A stretch of DNA of 64,000 bases, taken from positions 8,276,201 to 8,340,200 of the forward strand of contig NC_092679.1 of NCBI RefSeq assembly GCF_964355755.1, in the 5' to 3' direction. Position numbers and translations under genes: made by a program. This document shows positions 53,101 to 64,000 of this stretch, one piece after another. The stretch is from Antedon mediterranea. Taxonomy: Eukaryota; Animalia; Echinodermata. Numbering within the stretch: position 1 is the stretch's first letter; each line of letters starts with the position of its first letter. The notes under the pieces were generated by a model. The model saw nothing but the letters and a program-made list of their open reading frames with translations, did not search any database and was not told the origin of the DNA.

Positions 53101-56100
53101 CGCTGTGCCTGGCCCCGATCTCATCTCTCGTGAGACATCACATGGATCAGCTTTCTGTCCCGTCTGCTCTCCAGCGTCAGAAACATCAATAAGGTAGGTT
53201 TTCTGTGGTACAGAAAATCGGGTGTTTTTGCAGAGGACTTTAACGCCCAGTCCATTTGCAGTTTGGGGCCAATGTCAAACCGTGGCAAATTGTTGGTTCT
53301 TGTTGGTTCTGGATTTTTAGAAGTACCCTCTCTCCTAGTTGTGTTGCGTATAATTTCATTGCCCTGTCATAAAGTGTTTCATGTTCTAGTGCGTTCTTGT
53401 GATTTTCATAATCTAAGTGTTTCTCTAGGGAAGAGTACCTCTGATATGACCTAATGCAACCTTGTTCGCGACAAAAGAACAGTTTGCTGGGGGTGCCAGG
53501 ACTTTCTTCACTTTCTATTTGGTCGTCGTCGTTTATATCCGCTTGTTCTTCATGAGATGTCTTGGCTTATATTCTTGCTTTTACTGCAATAAATGATACT
53601 TGATTTATTTTGATCAGACGTTGTATCTTGGTTATGAATTGAATTGGGTAGCTTCAAGGGCACACAGAATTTACTCAAAAGTAGATTTTGTCCTGCACCA
53701 ATAGCATACACGCCATCCACACCTTCATGGACCTGCTTCCATACTCTATGTTGTTGATGTGACTCACGCCTTTCCATTTTCCTGTTGCACAAATAGTACC
53801 ACTCACTATCGATGCCCGTAAACCTAAACATGTACTGTATCTGTGTGCAGAGATTTCCTTCTGGCATGCTTGTAAAGGTAGGACTTCAGTGCTCTGTTTG
53901 CGGTCTTTTCTATCGAATCCACAAGCTCCGCCGACAACCGATTTAAAAGAACATGAAATCTCCATTTTGTTTGTTTTCTTATATATAAGAATTATTTTCA
54001 ACACGTCTTTACATTGTAAGACTTAAACTAAAATGGATAACAAATCAGTTCCGTTGTCAACGTCAATGAAGATATCGTTATCTATCGAATATACGCAGTA
54101 AAGTGTTTTGTCTACTGTGGTTAATGTTTTGAAACATTCTCGTTGAGTAAGTTCGACCAGGTTCGACAAACAGGAAAACGATAACAAGTTAAAAGAAATT
54201 TGTTTTTCAGTTTTATCCTATAAACTATGAGAGGATGGAATAATTTATAATAATGTGGTTTGACAAAGAATAAGCGAGTGATTTTTAGTTAATTGCTTAA
54301 TTTCGTATATTGGTTAGTAATTGAAATTTTACCAGAAACGTATTTTTAGTTTGTGTTTAAATTACAACTTAATTCAAAATTTATCTTTCAAGTTTGTTTC
54401 TCGTAATAAAAGTTTGGCTTAAAGCCACTTGGATTGCTAAATAGAGAACAATAGGTACATCTGATTGATCTTGCCGACAGATAAAATCTTTGAATTTCTT
54501 ACAACTTTGTGGCTCTGGCGCGGAGCGGAAAATAGTTTCCCCAATTTTTTTTTTACTTGACTCATAAATATTAGTATCTAAACTTTAGATTCATGACTTT
54601 TTTATTTAAAAAAAATTCGTCGCACATGAAAAAAAACGCGTCTGGTTTTACCCTACTTTTTAAGAGTTTTATATATGCTAATTAGTAATTAATTAGTCAA
54701 AATCTTAAAATTTCATAAAATTTTTTGAAACTTTACTAAATTATTGTCAAGATGCTAGTTAACGTAAGTGTAAAATATTAAAACGCTAGGTTGCTACGTT
54801 TGGCTTCAAGAGGCTGTTAAAATTAATGTAAATTATACACCAAAAATTAACAAAATTGGCTGAAAATCGTTATTTTTCGATTTTCTCGAAAACTAAGCAA
54901 TATTTTACCAAACAATCTACACATCAGGTTTACTTACATCAAGGTCTACCAATGTGCAAAATATGAGCCAATTCGAAATTTTGACCCTTGCCACCTAATG
55001 TTTGATTTTTAGTGACTGGCTCTCTTAAATTGTTTGTATTATTACTCTAATGGATAATTTTGACGATAAAAGACACTAACAATGTCATCTCGTACACTTT
55101 ATTATTGTTTTGGATTCTATTTTTTTTATAGGGACAGTCTATGATGTAAGCCACTATAATGCATTATTACGTGTATATTTACAAAACGAACATAAATTCC
55201 TACCTCAAAATTTCCTGGCAAAAATGGAAGCAAGTGGAATAGAACCAAATCGTGTAAGTTTTAGTTTAACATTTTTTTTTTTAGAAAATGCAAGAACTTT
55301 ATTGGTCAAATGTTTTGCCCTACTCACATAATTTGTACTTTATACTAAGTACACTGAGAGCTAGTTCATTGTTTCCATGTTCATTCGCTCTCACTAGGTA
55401 TCCTAATGAAGCGGATTTTCGTTACGGTGATTCGAACACGTTCATGAAATTTAAATTAAATTTTTTTTTAAAGTTAAAAATATACTATTTCTTATGTACC
55501 CATGTAAATAAAAATTACATAAAGGGTTTAATAGAAAACGCAAGTTAAAAAGGAGGGCAAGGAGTAATTTTTGTTGCAAGTTATCAGGCTTTAAATATTC
55601 TTTATTTTGATATGTAAATCGGTTATCATTATGTGCATCCGCCTCAAATAAAGTCTGTCTCATTATCAAAATCTGGCTAATTTAGAAGCTAATTTATATT
55701 TCTGTTTGATAAACCACATTGTTTTATTTGACTTTGCATGGCCGTTGTGCCAACAAGAACAACCCCTGAAAAAAATAATCCCTACCGAAAAAGTTCATTT
55801 TCTTTGTGTTCTCAGCTTATTACTGGTTGAATTAGACCGATACCTGGCGACAAAGGCGTATCCCCTTACTTTGGTTTGGTTTTTTTTTGCCATGGTTTGA
55901 ATCCCTTTTATCGTATTAGTTTATGAAGTTTAGGTTTCACAACATTAGGGCGCTATATAAATCCAGGATCCATTAAAATGAAATGTTGATCAATACATCA
56001 GCTGATATAAAGTCATTTTTTACTGCAAAAACAGAATCGCTATCTTATAAACCGTCTATGTTAAAGGACAACCTTTAACCTTTCTGATGATAAATAAAAA

Positions 56101-59100
56101 AATGTTTAAGCTAAGAAAATAATTTGGTTTAATAAGCAAAAATAAACGTTTTAATCAAAATTTAGGAATGAAAGGAGATCTTAAAATGTCATTGTTTCTC
56201 GGTAGTGATTGATTCCATTGAAGTCTTACTAGGATTGCTAGTTTCTGTATTTCCAAACAAGGTATTAGAATTCATAAAACATTTATTGCTCCACCAACAA
56301 CTCAGTTGCATAGGTATGACCGAGTATCTTATTTTAACGTACAATCTGGTGATTTCAACTCTACTTTTATACAGAATATAAAAGGCCAATTTAAAGGGTA
56401 TTAATCACGTCAGTCAATGATATTTGCGTATATATCCCAAAGAGTTAATAGTTATAATACAAAAGGAATTAGCTGTGTGGCTCTTCGCGTTATTAAATTG
56501 TTAAGGGTTCGGAACCAGGAATTTTTGCAAACCTTCAAGCAATATGTAATATCTTCTAATCTGAAACAAACAATTTGCAAAATAAGATTGAGGTTCTCCA
56601 TTTTCCTATTAAATAACAGTTTAAATTAAATCTGTCTTTTTTTTAGGTTACATATCAACGTTTGATTGCAGCATATTGTCAAATGGGAGATATTGAGGGT
56701 GCCACCAAAATTTTAGAGTTTATGAAGTCAAAAGATCTTCCTGTTACAGAAGGTGTTTTTAATTCATTGATAGAAGGCCATGCAAAAGTTGGGTAAGTTT
56801 AAAATGAGTATTTGAAACAATGTAAGTTTGTTTTTAAGACGTCATCATCATTCTACACATCAAAACCTGTCTGACTTGCACATTTCTAGTAAATAAGCCA
56901 ATCTAATTTGTAAATATAATTAGCTAGTCAATGGACATCTGAATTACTGTGACCAGTCGGACACTTTTTGTCACTTTTGACACTTGTTATCGCATATTAA
57001 TGAAGAGTGAAAATAAAGGCGAGTAAATATAAAAATAAATAAATAAAAAAAAAAGTTAAAGTTAAGCCAACAGTGTTTATCCATGTCCATTACATAATAA
57101 ACTAGAAATAAACTAAAATGAACTAGGCCACTCTGAGAGAAAACTTTGCTCTGCTACCGGTATAACACTGTTGTTTCAAAATTCGAATCGTCCATAATGA
57201 CTATGGAAATTCGGCCTAATATTATGGACATACAGAAATGAAGATAAAATAAGGTACTACACGGAAATACAAACTATACGCAAATTATTAGAATTGACTT
57301 ATTTTTCACATTTTTGTTTGTTATCCGCAATAAGCCCATATAGTATTTATTTTTACATAAAATGCAGAGTTTGTGACCGTAAATTAGATAGAAAAAACTT
57401 AGGGAAAAATACACACACTCTGAATCGCACACACCACACATCAATTTGATTTGTCTATTTACACAAACTTGGCCCAGAATGACAAGTGGAGAAATTATCC
57501 AGATGTTTTAATGTCCATTTAGTTCATAATTAAATCCCAACTTTGTGTAACCCACATTTTTAGTGTAAGAGGTTTCGTAGTGTAGTGGTTGTCAAGTCTG
57601 CTTTACACGCAGAAGGTCCCGGTTCGAGCCCTGGCGAAACCTATTTTTCTTTAACTTTATGGTGAAATATAAAAAAGGGAACCAGAGGGATGTAATATAA
57701 TTATATATATTTATAATTAAGAAATCAACCTTTGTATTAGAATTCAACTAAGTTCACGAACTTGGCCCAGAAAGACCAGTGGAGAAATTATCCAGATGTT
57801 TTATTAATGTCCATTTAGTTCATAATTAAATCCCAAATATAAACAGTTTATTTGACCTCTCTAACCGTTCCCATCGTAAAACAATTAGATATTGACAGTT
57901 TTAAGCAGAGATTCGACAGGGCCAATTCATCATTGTAACCTCCCCAGATAAGATCAATCACTCCCACTTAAACACCCCTGGATTAACTTAGGACCAATCA
58001 GTAACCTCTGAGACGATGTAATGACATATGCTAATGAACCTGAGCCAATATACCCCCAAGTTTCAGAAGAGCCCAGACACACCTCACTTCACAGCCACTT
58101 CTTCAGAAGAACATCTACACTCACATCTCACCGACAGCAACACCGTATCCTCTGTTCCTTAGTTAGTTAATAGTTGCATCATTATTATTGTATCATCAAG
58201 TTGAAGTACTGTATTATTGAATAAACAATATATGTGTTACTACAGTCAAGCAAGTAGAGTCTTCATTACAAGTCAGAAACCTCATAACACTATATTACAA
58301 TATGTGTTACAAAGTTATAGGCCTCACAGCACCTTGCTGCTCGATGATGACAATTTAATAATGATGTTTTTTTTCAATTCTCATCACAAAAAGAATTAAT
58401 AAGTCGTGTGAGTAGCTATTAGTAGGTATCCCAATGAAAGCGCACAGAGGGGTATCACTTTTGAAATATTGACGAAATTCGAAAAAGTAGTATGACTTTG
58501 ATGTTAAATAAATCGTATTCGATCTTAATTAATACTTACAAAATTTATATTGTTTGAAAGTACTTGTTTTAATCTATGTATAAGTGTGTTTATAATTAAA
58601 ATTAATGAATTAGTTGCCGAGAAAATGCGATTTTAAAACGGTTCTAAAATCCCGTCGAGCCGATTTCCGCGCGTTGAAAACCTCATCGGAAAATCCCCAT
58701 CAGTTTTCAAAACACGATCGCACGATTACCATTGGAGCTAGCGGATTAATTTTTGTTGTATGTTATCAGGCTTTAAATAAGCTTTAATTTGATAAGAAAA
58801 TCGTCTTCTATAAATAGGTTTTTCGTAACGAAAAGTCAATTTTTGTGACAAAAATCCAATTTTGATTCACCGTTTATGGAAAAATATTATGGATTTTGGT
58901 ATTAAATTATAGCTAAATCTACATTGAAATCGATAAAACATAGTTTACAAACGTATTGTGCATGGTAATTGTGCGAACTACATTTTAAAATGGTGCATGA
59001 GGCGTAAATCCCGTTCAAAATTTTAAAGATCCAACCATTATAATCCGGTGAATATTGTAGTGAGTAAAATATTGTACTCTAAAATACGCGCGTGTTTGTT

Positions 59101-60705
59101 GTGGCGTTTTCCGTTAAATACATTAATGCACCCTATCAGCGAATGGTACGTTCTATATTTTGAACACGTTGTTTAGTTTTCCTCGCTCGAGTTCGACCGG
59201 CTCGACGCGAGATGTGTGACAGCAGCGATGTCGGAGATTGACATGTCCTTTTCCGTCGTAGAATATCTGGTTTTACACATTAATTTAACAACTTCAAATT
59301 GATGTAATGTGCGGAAGATTTATTATGCAAGTATACAATGCAAATGCGTTAGGTTAAAATGTACCGAGGAAATTTATTAAGCTAATTTACCAACGTTACA
59401 TTTGACTCTGTATACGGCGGCCGAAAGTCATTAACTGCGACCGAAATACTTTAACTGGAGCGACTACTGATCGCGAGTAAGCCGTGACTTGGCCTAAACT
59501 TTAGCTCCGTATTTCAATTTAATAACGTAATAATACGAAAATAAAACAATTTTTATAATGTTATATATACTATTCAGGTAAACAATTAATTGTTTTAATT
59601 AACATTGATTATTTTAAATGAGTTTATTTTGACCCATATTGTGCGTTTGCATATCTTACTTAGCAGCCCGGCTTAGATTTGGTGTCATAATCATATGGGC
59701 CTAAAATCTTGTTTTACGTATTCAAAAGTTATATATAATAGTATTTATGATTGAAATTATAAATATAAAGTATATTAAAATATTCTAATAATTATACTTA
59801 CCGAAAATTAGTGTAAAAGAAAGGAAACAGTACACACCGTTTTTAACATACTTTTTCATGTTTTTTTTTTATAATTTTAAATTTCACCATTAAAAAAATT
59901 TTTTTTTTCATATACACATCTAAAATATATTTATTAATGAAATATACACTACATTCTAACAAGTACAAAAAAAATTAAATGAATTAGTACAGTAGTTCAA
60001 AAGTTACAGATCATTGAAAAATTGCAGTTTTTTCATTTTTTAGGGAATTCCAGCAAAAATGGGCGTTAAATGCTTTCCTACCACTTTGCGGACCAATAAT
60101 TTAAAAAATAGGTTTCGTTGAGGCTCCAAAAAAAATAGAGTTGTACAACTCTGTGATATCTATAGGTTTAACAAAATTCAAAACTTTTAACTAATTATTG
60201 TAAAAGTTATAACCTTTTAAAAATGCTTCCAATTTCAACTGCAAAAAACACCATTTTTAGGCAAAAAATCGTATATTTTTTTACCACTTTAAATAACCAT
60301 AACTTTAGAACGGGTAATCGGATTTCAATCATTTAAATTGCAAAATGCTAATTACATTAAGTTCTTTATGGTTAATTGAAAGAAAATGTAAAAAAATTAA
60401 TCTGAATTTTTTCATTGGGATACCTACTATTAGTCCAAGTGAAAAAAATATATATATTTACTTCACAGGCAAAAATATTACTTGTTTACTTCAGTTGTGA
60501 ACCTGTTATAACACTTAGAAATTAGGGTTATGTATTACAACCAGTTGTGTGGGGCCTTATTTTATTTGTATTTAGTTCATGCTTTTCTGCTGTATGTTTA
60601 TTATTTACAAATGTATACTAAAAATGAATAATAATATGCTTGACATGACATTTTTTTTTCAATTAGAGATATGAAAAGTGCCAGAGGAATTCTTGATGTA
60701 ATGAG
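37996..60705 (+). CDS. LRPPRC: Leucine-rich PPR motif-containing protein, mitochondrial; first 6 coding exons, 3' partial
   Basis: Phase-consistent exons 37996-38165, 46031-46212, 46609-46731, 55132-55253, 56647-56792, 60667-60705. Peptides [85 protein letters not shown] match the LRPPRC N-terminus as recalled. Confidence 0.92.
39009..40526 (+). mobile_element. Non-autonomous Helitron
   Basis: A|TCTATTATATTATAA start; CTAGATGGTACGC-GAGCGAAGCGA-GCGTACCATCTAG|T hairpin end; no TSD. Confidence 0.75.
41032..42480. mobile_element. Non-autonomous hAT element, 8-bp TSD
   Basis: TIR CAGCGTTGCCA/TGGCAACTATG; TSD GTCACACG; TAATGCC subterminal repeats; internal ~180-bp tandem repeats. Confidence 0.8.
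43691..45706. mobile_element. Young non-autonomous TIR element with 7-bp TSD (hATw-like), copy A
   Basis: TIR TAGGTATCCCAATGAAA; TSD ATAACAT; near-identical inverted copy at 58423-60426. Confidence 0.88.
46031..46212 (+). CDS. LRPPRC: LRPPRC coding exon 2
   Basis: ...[21 protein letters not shown]...; AG/GT. Confidence 0.9.
46609..46731 (+). CDS. LRPPRC: LRPPRC coding exon 3
   Basis: [15 protein letters not shown]...IWDRLSQLG. Confidence 0.92.
47298..47923. mobile_element. Kolobok-like non-autonomous element, TTAA TSD
   Basis: TTAA|AGACCCCTTCCCT...AGGGAATGGGGCT|TTAA; the empty site with a single TTAA is seen in the other Helitron copy (~40188). Confidence 0.7.
48427..50403. mobile_element. 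hAT-like element with 5-bp TSD (hAT5-like) carrying a ~175-bp satellite
   Basis: TIR CAGTGTTATCCCCAGG/CCTGGGGAGAACACTG; TSD GTGTT; AGCGTCACG subterminal repeats. Confidence 0.78.
48575..49520. repeat. Tandem ~175-bp repeat array (about 5-6 units)
   Basis: Recurrent GTTGGCCGGAAA...ATAGCGCGCTAGCAAAC...TTTTTCCGCCGGTAAACATACGCG. Confidence 0.85.
51897..52081. mobile_element. MITE inside the Sola3-like element
   Basis: TGTTTTCCACTAGG.GAA.TTATTC inverted ends. Confidence 0.55.
52112..52509. mobile_element. MITE (Harbinger-like) inside the Sola3-like element
   Basis: AGGGAGTATTCGCACGAGCAC / GTGCTCGTGCGAAATTTCCT inverted ends. Confidence 0.55.
52677..53965 (-). pseudogene. Sola3-like transposase remnant (N- and C-terminal parts, frameshifted, core apparently missing)
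   Basis: [16 protein letters not shown]... start; [37 protein letters not shown]...NICEL...KPYI...CSC*. Confidence 0.65.
55132..55253 (+). CDS. LRPPRC: LRPPRC coding exon 4
   Basis: [21 protein letters not shown]...IEPNR. Confidence 0.94.
56647..56792 (+). CDS. LRPPRC: LRPPRC coding exon 5
   Basis: [19 protein letters not shown]...[12 protein letters not shown] (PPR repeats). Confidence 0.94.
57571..57642 (+). tRNA. trnV-TAC: tRNA-Val(TAC), probably a pseudogene
   Basis: Perfect acceptor stem GGTTTCG/CGAAACC, anticodon arm TCTGC-TTTACAC-GCAGA, A and B boxes, downstream T5. Has a D-stem mismatch, a 1-nt T-stem deletion and a T discriminator. Confidence 0.8.
57893..58299 (+). mobile_element. 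Solo LTR (Gypsy-like)
   Basis: TG...CA ends, 4-bp TSD ATAT, internal AATAAA at ~58220. Confidence 0.55.
58423..60426. mobile_element. Young non-autonomous TIR element with 7-bp TSD (hATw-like), copy B, inverted relative to copy A
   Basis: Same TIR as copy A; TSD CTATTAG at 58416-58422 and 60427-60433. Confidence 0.88.
60667..60705 (+). CDS. LRPPRC: LRPPRC coding exon 6 (39 nt)
   Basis: [12 protein letters not shown]; AG/GT, phase fits. Confidence 0.85.
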
Positions 60706-60797
60706 GTAAGATACAGCCTACAGACCTTAAAATAAATGTTCATAAACTATATAGCTTCATTTCCTTTTCTCATGGTGGGTGTTTTGTTGGGAAAGAA

Positions 60798-63700
60798 GGG
60801 GCGGATTGCAATATAAAGACTTTGTCTTAGGCTTAGATCTAAGCCTAAGACCCCTCGCGAAAGTCTTAGCTAAGCCTCTCAGCAAAGTCGATTGCAATAT
60901 CGCGGTCTAAGTTAAGCCTGATAGAAAACCCTAGTTACCACCGTTGAGGGCATTATTTGTGTGTACAAAAATAATAAAAGCTATCGTAAATAGATAAACG
61001 CCCTCAAGCTATAGACAAAATAACACGTGGGTAAAACTCGCGCGAGAAAGTGCTATCAATCATTAAATGACTTTCTAACAACCAATAACAACACGCCATT
61101 TACTACTGTACAAAAAAGGGATGATTTATGAATATTTATGAGACCCCGCAACCGTGTACATTGCACGTGTGGATTTTAATAAGGAGGTGTGTGTAGCGAA
61201 ATATTAGAACGAAATCGAAACACATTTTTATACCACTGACGGCTGAATATTAATTACATTTACTGTAGTAAGTTTTATATTGTTTATTGCTACTACTTTA
61301 CTCTAGCTAGGCCTAGGCTCCTCTCTCTAGGCCTAGCTAGTAGTATTATTAGTAGTACTGTACTGCATATAATAATTAATAGTATACAGCCCGTGGCCTA
61401 GCTAGGCGGGCCTAATTAATTAGTGTAGGCCTAACCTTTCATTCAAGATTAAATTCCACTTTTGCATGTGTAGCCGGCAAATGTACTAATCTAGCCTGTA
61501 AGAGTATATAGGCCTAGACCTATAATAATAGACTGACCAATTAATAATATTTCACATTATATATATACTGTAATACGATAATAGAGTATACCTAGGCCTA
61601 GACTATATAATATTTATTATAATTTATATGCTTTCCTTTTCAGACAAAGGTGTATGAGGCCTACTTCAACAAGTTCAACAGTCGGAGAATATATAAAGAT
61701 GGAAAACAACGAATTATACTAGGCCTAGTAGGCGAGACCAAGGCTCAGCTAGTAGTAGGATTTTTTACATAGGCCTACATCTGGATTTATATACTATTTC
61801 ATCATGAAATTTGTGTGTAATTTTTTGCAGCAATTTACAACGATGATATTGCCAAAATGCTGTACGAAACAAACAAAGACTGAGAATCAAAATAATATTA
61901 CTGCATGGCTGTGTACTAAATTGTACTGTAATAATATTATAGTACTAGTAGTAGTAGTGGTAGGCCTAGTAGTAGTAGGGCCTATATAGTAGCAAGTAAT
62001 TACAGATTCATCATCAGCCTATGTTGACACTACACTACTACTAGGGCCTCCTAGGCCTAGCCTACAGAGTATTACAAAACATGGATATATATTTAATGGA
62101 ATGGGAAAGCTAAGCAGTAAATAAAAGAATTAAGGTATGCATGTTATTTGACATTGTTAATTGGTTTAAACTAATATTAATAATAATATTCATAATATTA
62201 ATAATGATGTGTTCTACTTGCGGTTGTTTTTTAATGTTTTTCTAACAAGTTTAATTTATACACCACTACCTACCTCCTCCCTCCCTTATAAATTATTATT
62301 AGATAGTAGGCCTAGTTGTTGATGTTTATTTAATATTGGTTAACTCCTTTTTGTTTGAATTTGTAATTTTGTAATATATTGTTCCATATGGACAGTTCTG
62401 TCTGAAATAAAGTTGAATTGAAATTGAATTGATTGGTATTGTATTTTTGTTTTAGATTCATGCTAAAGAATTTTAGTACTAGCATTATACTTATACTATT
62501 GTATTGTTTCCATGGGGCCTTTATATTTAAGGTTAACAATTTTAATTTATACAGTATTTGTTTGCGTAAAAAAATATTAGGATGCAGAATATTTCATTAT
62601 TTAATTAAAATAAAAGCAATTCTGCTTAAATAACGTATACAATTTTATAATAATAATCATTGTTATTATTTAAATATTATTTATAATTTTAATATAATGA
62701 CTACCTAGGAGTAGGAGTACAGTAAGAATTGAATATATTTTGTTTAAATCACTGAAATACTAATTCTATCATTTTTAAATCAAAACAACTTTGTATACTG
62801 AACTTCGTAGTAGTAGTACTAACTACAGTAATATTAATAAAGAGGCCTAAACCGTAGCCAGGCCAAATTAAATAGCCTAGCTACTTTGTTTACATTTCCT
62901 AGCCTAAACTTAACTAGCCTATCTATAGGCCTAGCCGGTCAGTATTTAGTTGAGTAGGCCTAGTCTAGTGATCGTCTATGTTTACATTTATTTAAATTTA
63001 TATCACTATTTGGTTAATTTGATGAATAAATCATTGTGGGAGATCCGCATTATATATTAATTATTAAGATTTAAAAAAATGAAAAGACTATTGATTGTAC
63101 TATGTTACGGTATCGCGCGGGGATTTTCCCTTCGTTTTATCGTCTGAAACTACTGACAAACGACTCGGTAGTTAATAGGCCTAGTTGTAGTTATAGTAAA
63201 ACGCGACGATGGACAGCAAACGTAGGCCGACGTTCACCGAAACTGAAAAAATATGCCTTATTGAAGCTTTTTCATTCAAGAAAGATATTTTGAACTCAAA
63301 ATTTTCGTCTCGAGTTTCGTTGCACTCAAAGGCTGAGGCATGGAAAGAGGTTTTAAGTACCGTAAATGCCGTAAATGGGGAGGTCAATCGAACCGTCGAC
63401 GAAATTAAAAAAAAATGGAAAAATTTATTGGCAGATGCCAAAAAAGACTTGAATCGTCAAAAAAATCCTCCTACTGGAGGGGGTCCACCATTTGTTATGC
63501 CAAAATGTAGTGAGATGGTTATCATGGTCTACGGTGGGGAAGACTCCAGTTTGTTTGCTGGTTTATCCAGTGGAGTGGAAAGTTCAATTGGGAGTCGGTC
63601 AGCACTATCATCAGCTGCAGGTGCGTATTTTTTTTAAAATCGGCTATTCATAAGCCTAGAGGTCCTAGGCCTATTTGTTATGAATTTGGTCACAGGTGTA

Positions 63701-64000
63701 CTAATTCAAATTGTAAATTCAAGGCCTATGTATTGCAAACATTGTTAACATAGTTGTAAACAATAATAATATTAATTTTAAATATTTTTTATACAATAGC
63801 AAATGACAATAATAAATGGAGTTTCATTTATTTTAAGGACCATCATCATTATTAGAGCTTCCTACAAATATTCCCTCGACATCTCAAGAACCAGCAGAGC
63901 CGAAGAGGAAAAGAACAAAACATGGTGATGATGATGACGCATACCAATCTTTTTTAAAGTGGCAGACGGTATTAGCTAAGCAGAAAGTTGAGAAAATTGA
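60798..64000 (+). mobile_element. Probable PIF/Harbinger transposon, left part, in LRPPRC intron 6
   Basis: GGGGCGGATTGCAATAT terminus-like sequence, repeated subterminally, with a palindromic CTTAGGCTTAGATCTAAGCCTAAG segment; Myb/SANT ORF downstream. Right end lies outside the window. Confidence 0.55.
63209..64000 (+). CDS. Myb/SANT-like DNA-binding protein (Harbinger accessory-ORF type; MSANTD/NAIF1-like), 2 exons, 3' partial
   Basis: Exon 63209-63620 (RRPTFTETEKICLIE...KAEAWKEV..VNA...RTVDEIKKKWKNL...PTGGGP); GT-AG intron 63621-63837; exon 63838->64000 open, with NLS-like PKRKRTK. Confidence 0.8.

Larger units (their letters stand above)
51107..55024 (-). mobile_element. Sola3-like DNA transposon, internally deleted
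   Basis: TTAA|GAG...CTC|TTAA termini; ~600-750-bp TIRs (51107-~51850 vs ~54290-55024); coding remnants on the minus strand. Confidence 0.8.

Overview
AT-rich, intron-rich animal genomic DNA, probably a marine invertebrate (inference). It carries two spliced host genes on the + strand. The first is a complete 12-coding-exon TTLL15-like tubulin-tyrosine-ligase family gene (20793-34749, 505 aa, N-terminal hydrophobic anchor, first intron GC-AG). The second is the first six coding exons of mitochondrial LRPPRC (37996-60705, continuing beyond the window). Most of the remainder is nested transposable elements: a near full-length disrupted LINE, a Rex1/Babar-like RT remnant, a BEL/Pao gag-pol fragment, L2- and Crack-like 3' ends, three Helitron copies, a Mutator-like foldback, Academ-, Sola3-, Ginger-, Kolobok- and Harbinger-like elements, hAT-like elements with 5-, 6-, 7- and 8-bp TSDs, a solo LTR and a degenerate tRNA-Val(TAC). 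Highlights: (i) recurrent 6-bp TA->TAGGCCTA micro-insertions, shown by copy-to-copy comparison, with the same motif in frame in LRPPRC exon 1; (ii) two tandem minimal hammerhead ribozymes delimiting a 193-nt unit; (iii) three copies of a structured ~53-nt motif in an L2 3' UTR; (iv) a near-identical 2-kb inverted pair bracketing the in-frame exon 2-5 block of LRPPRC. All alignments were made by eye and superfamily names rest on terminal and TSD signatures, not database searches.
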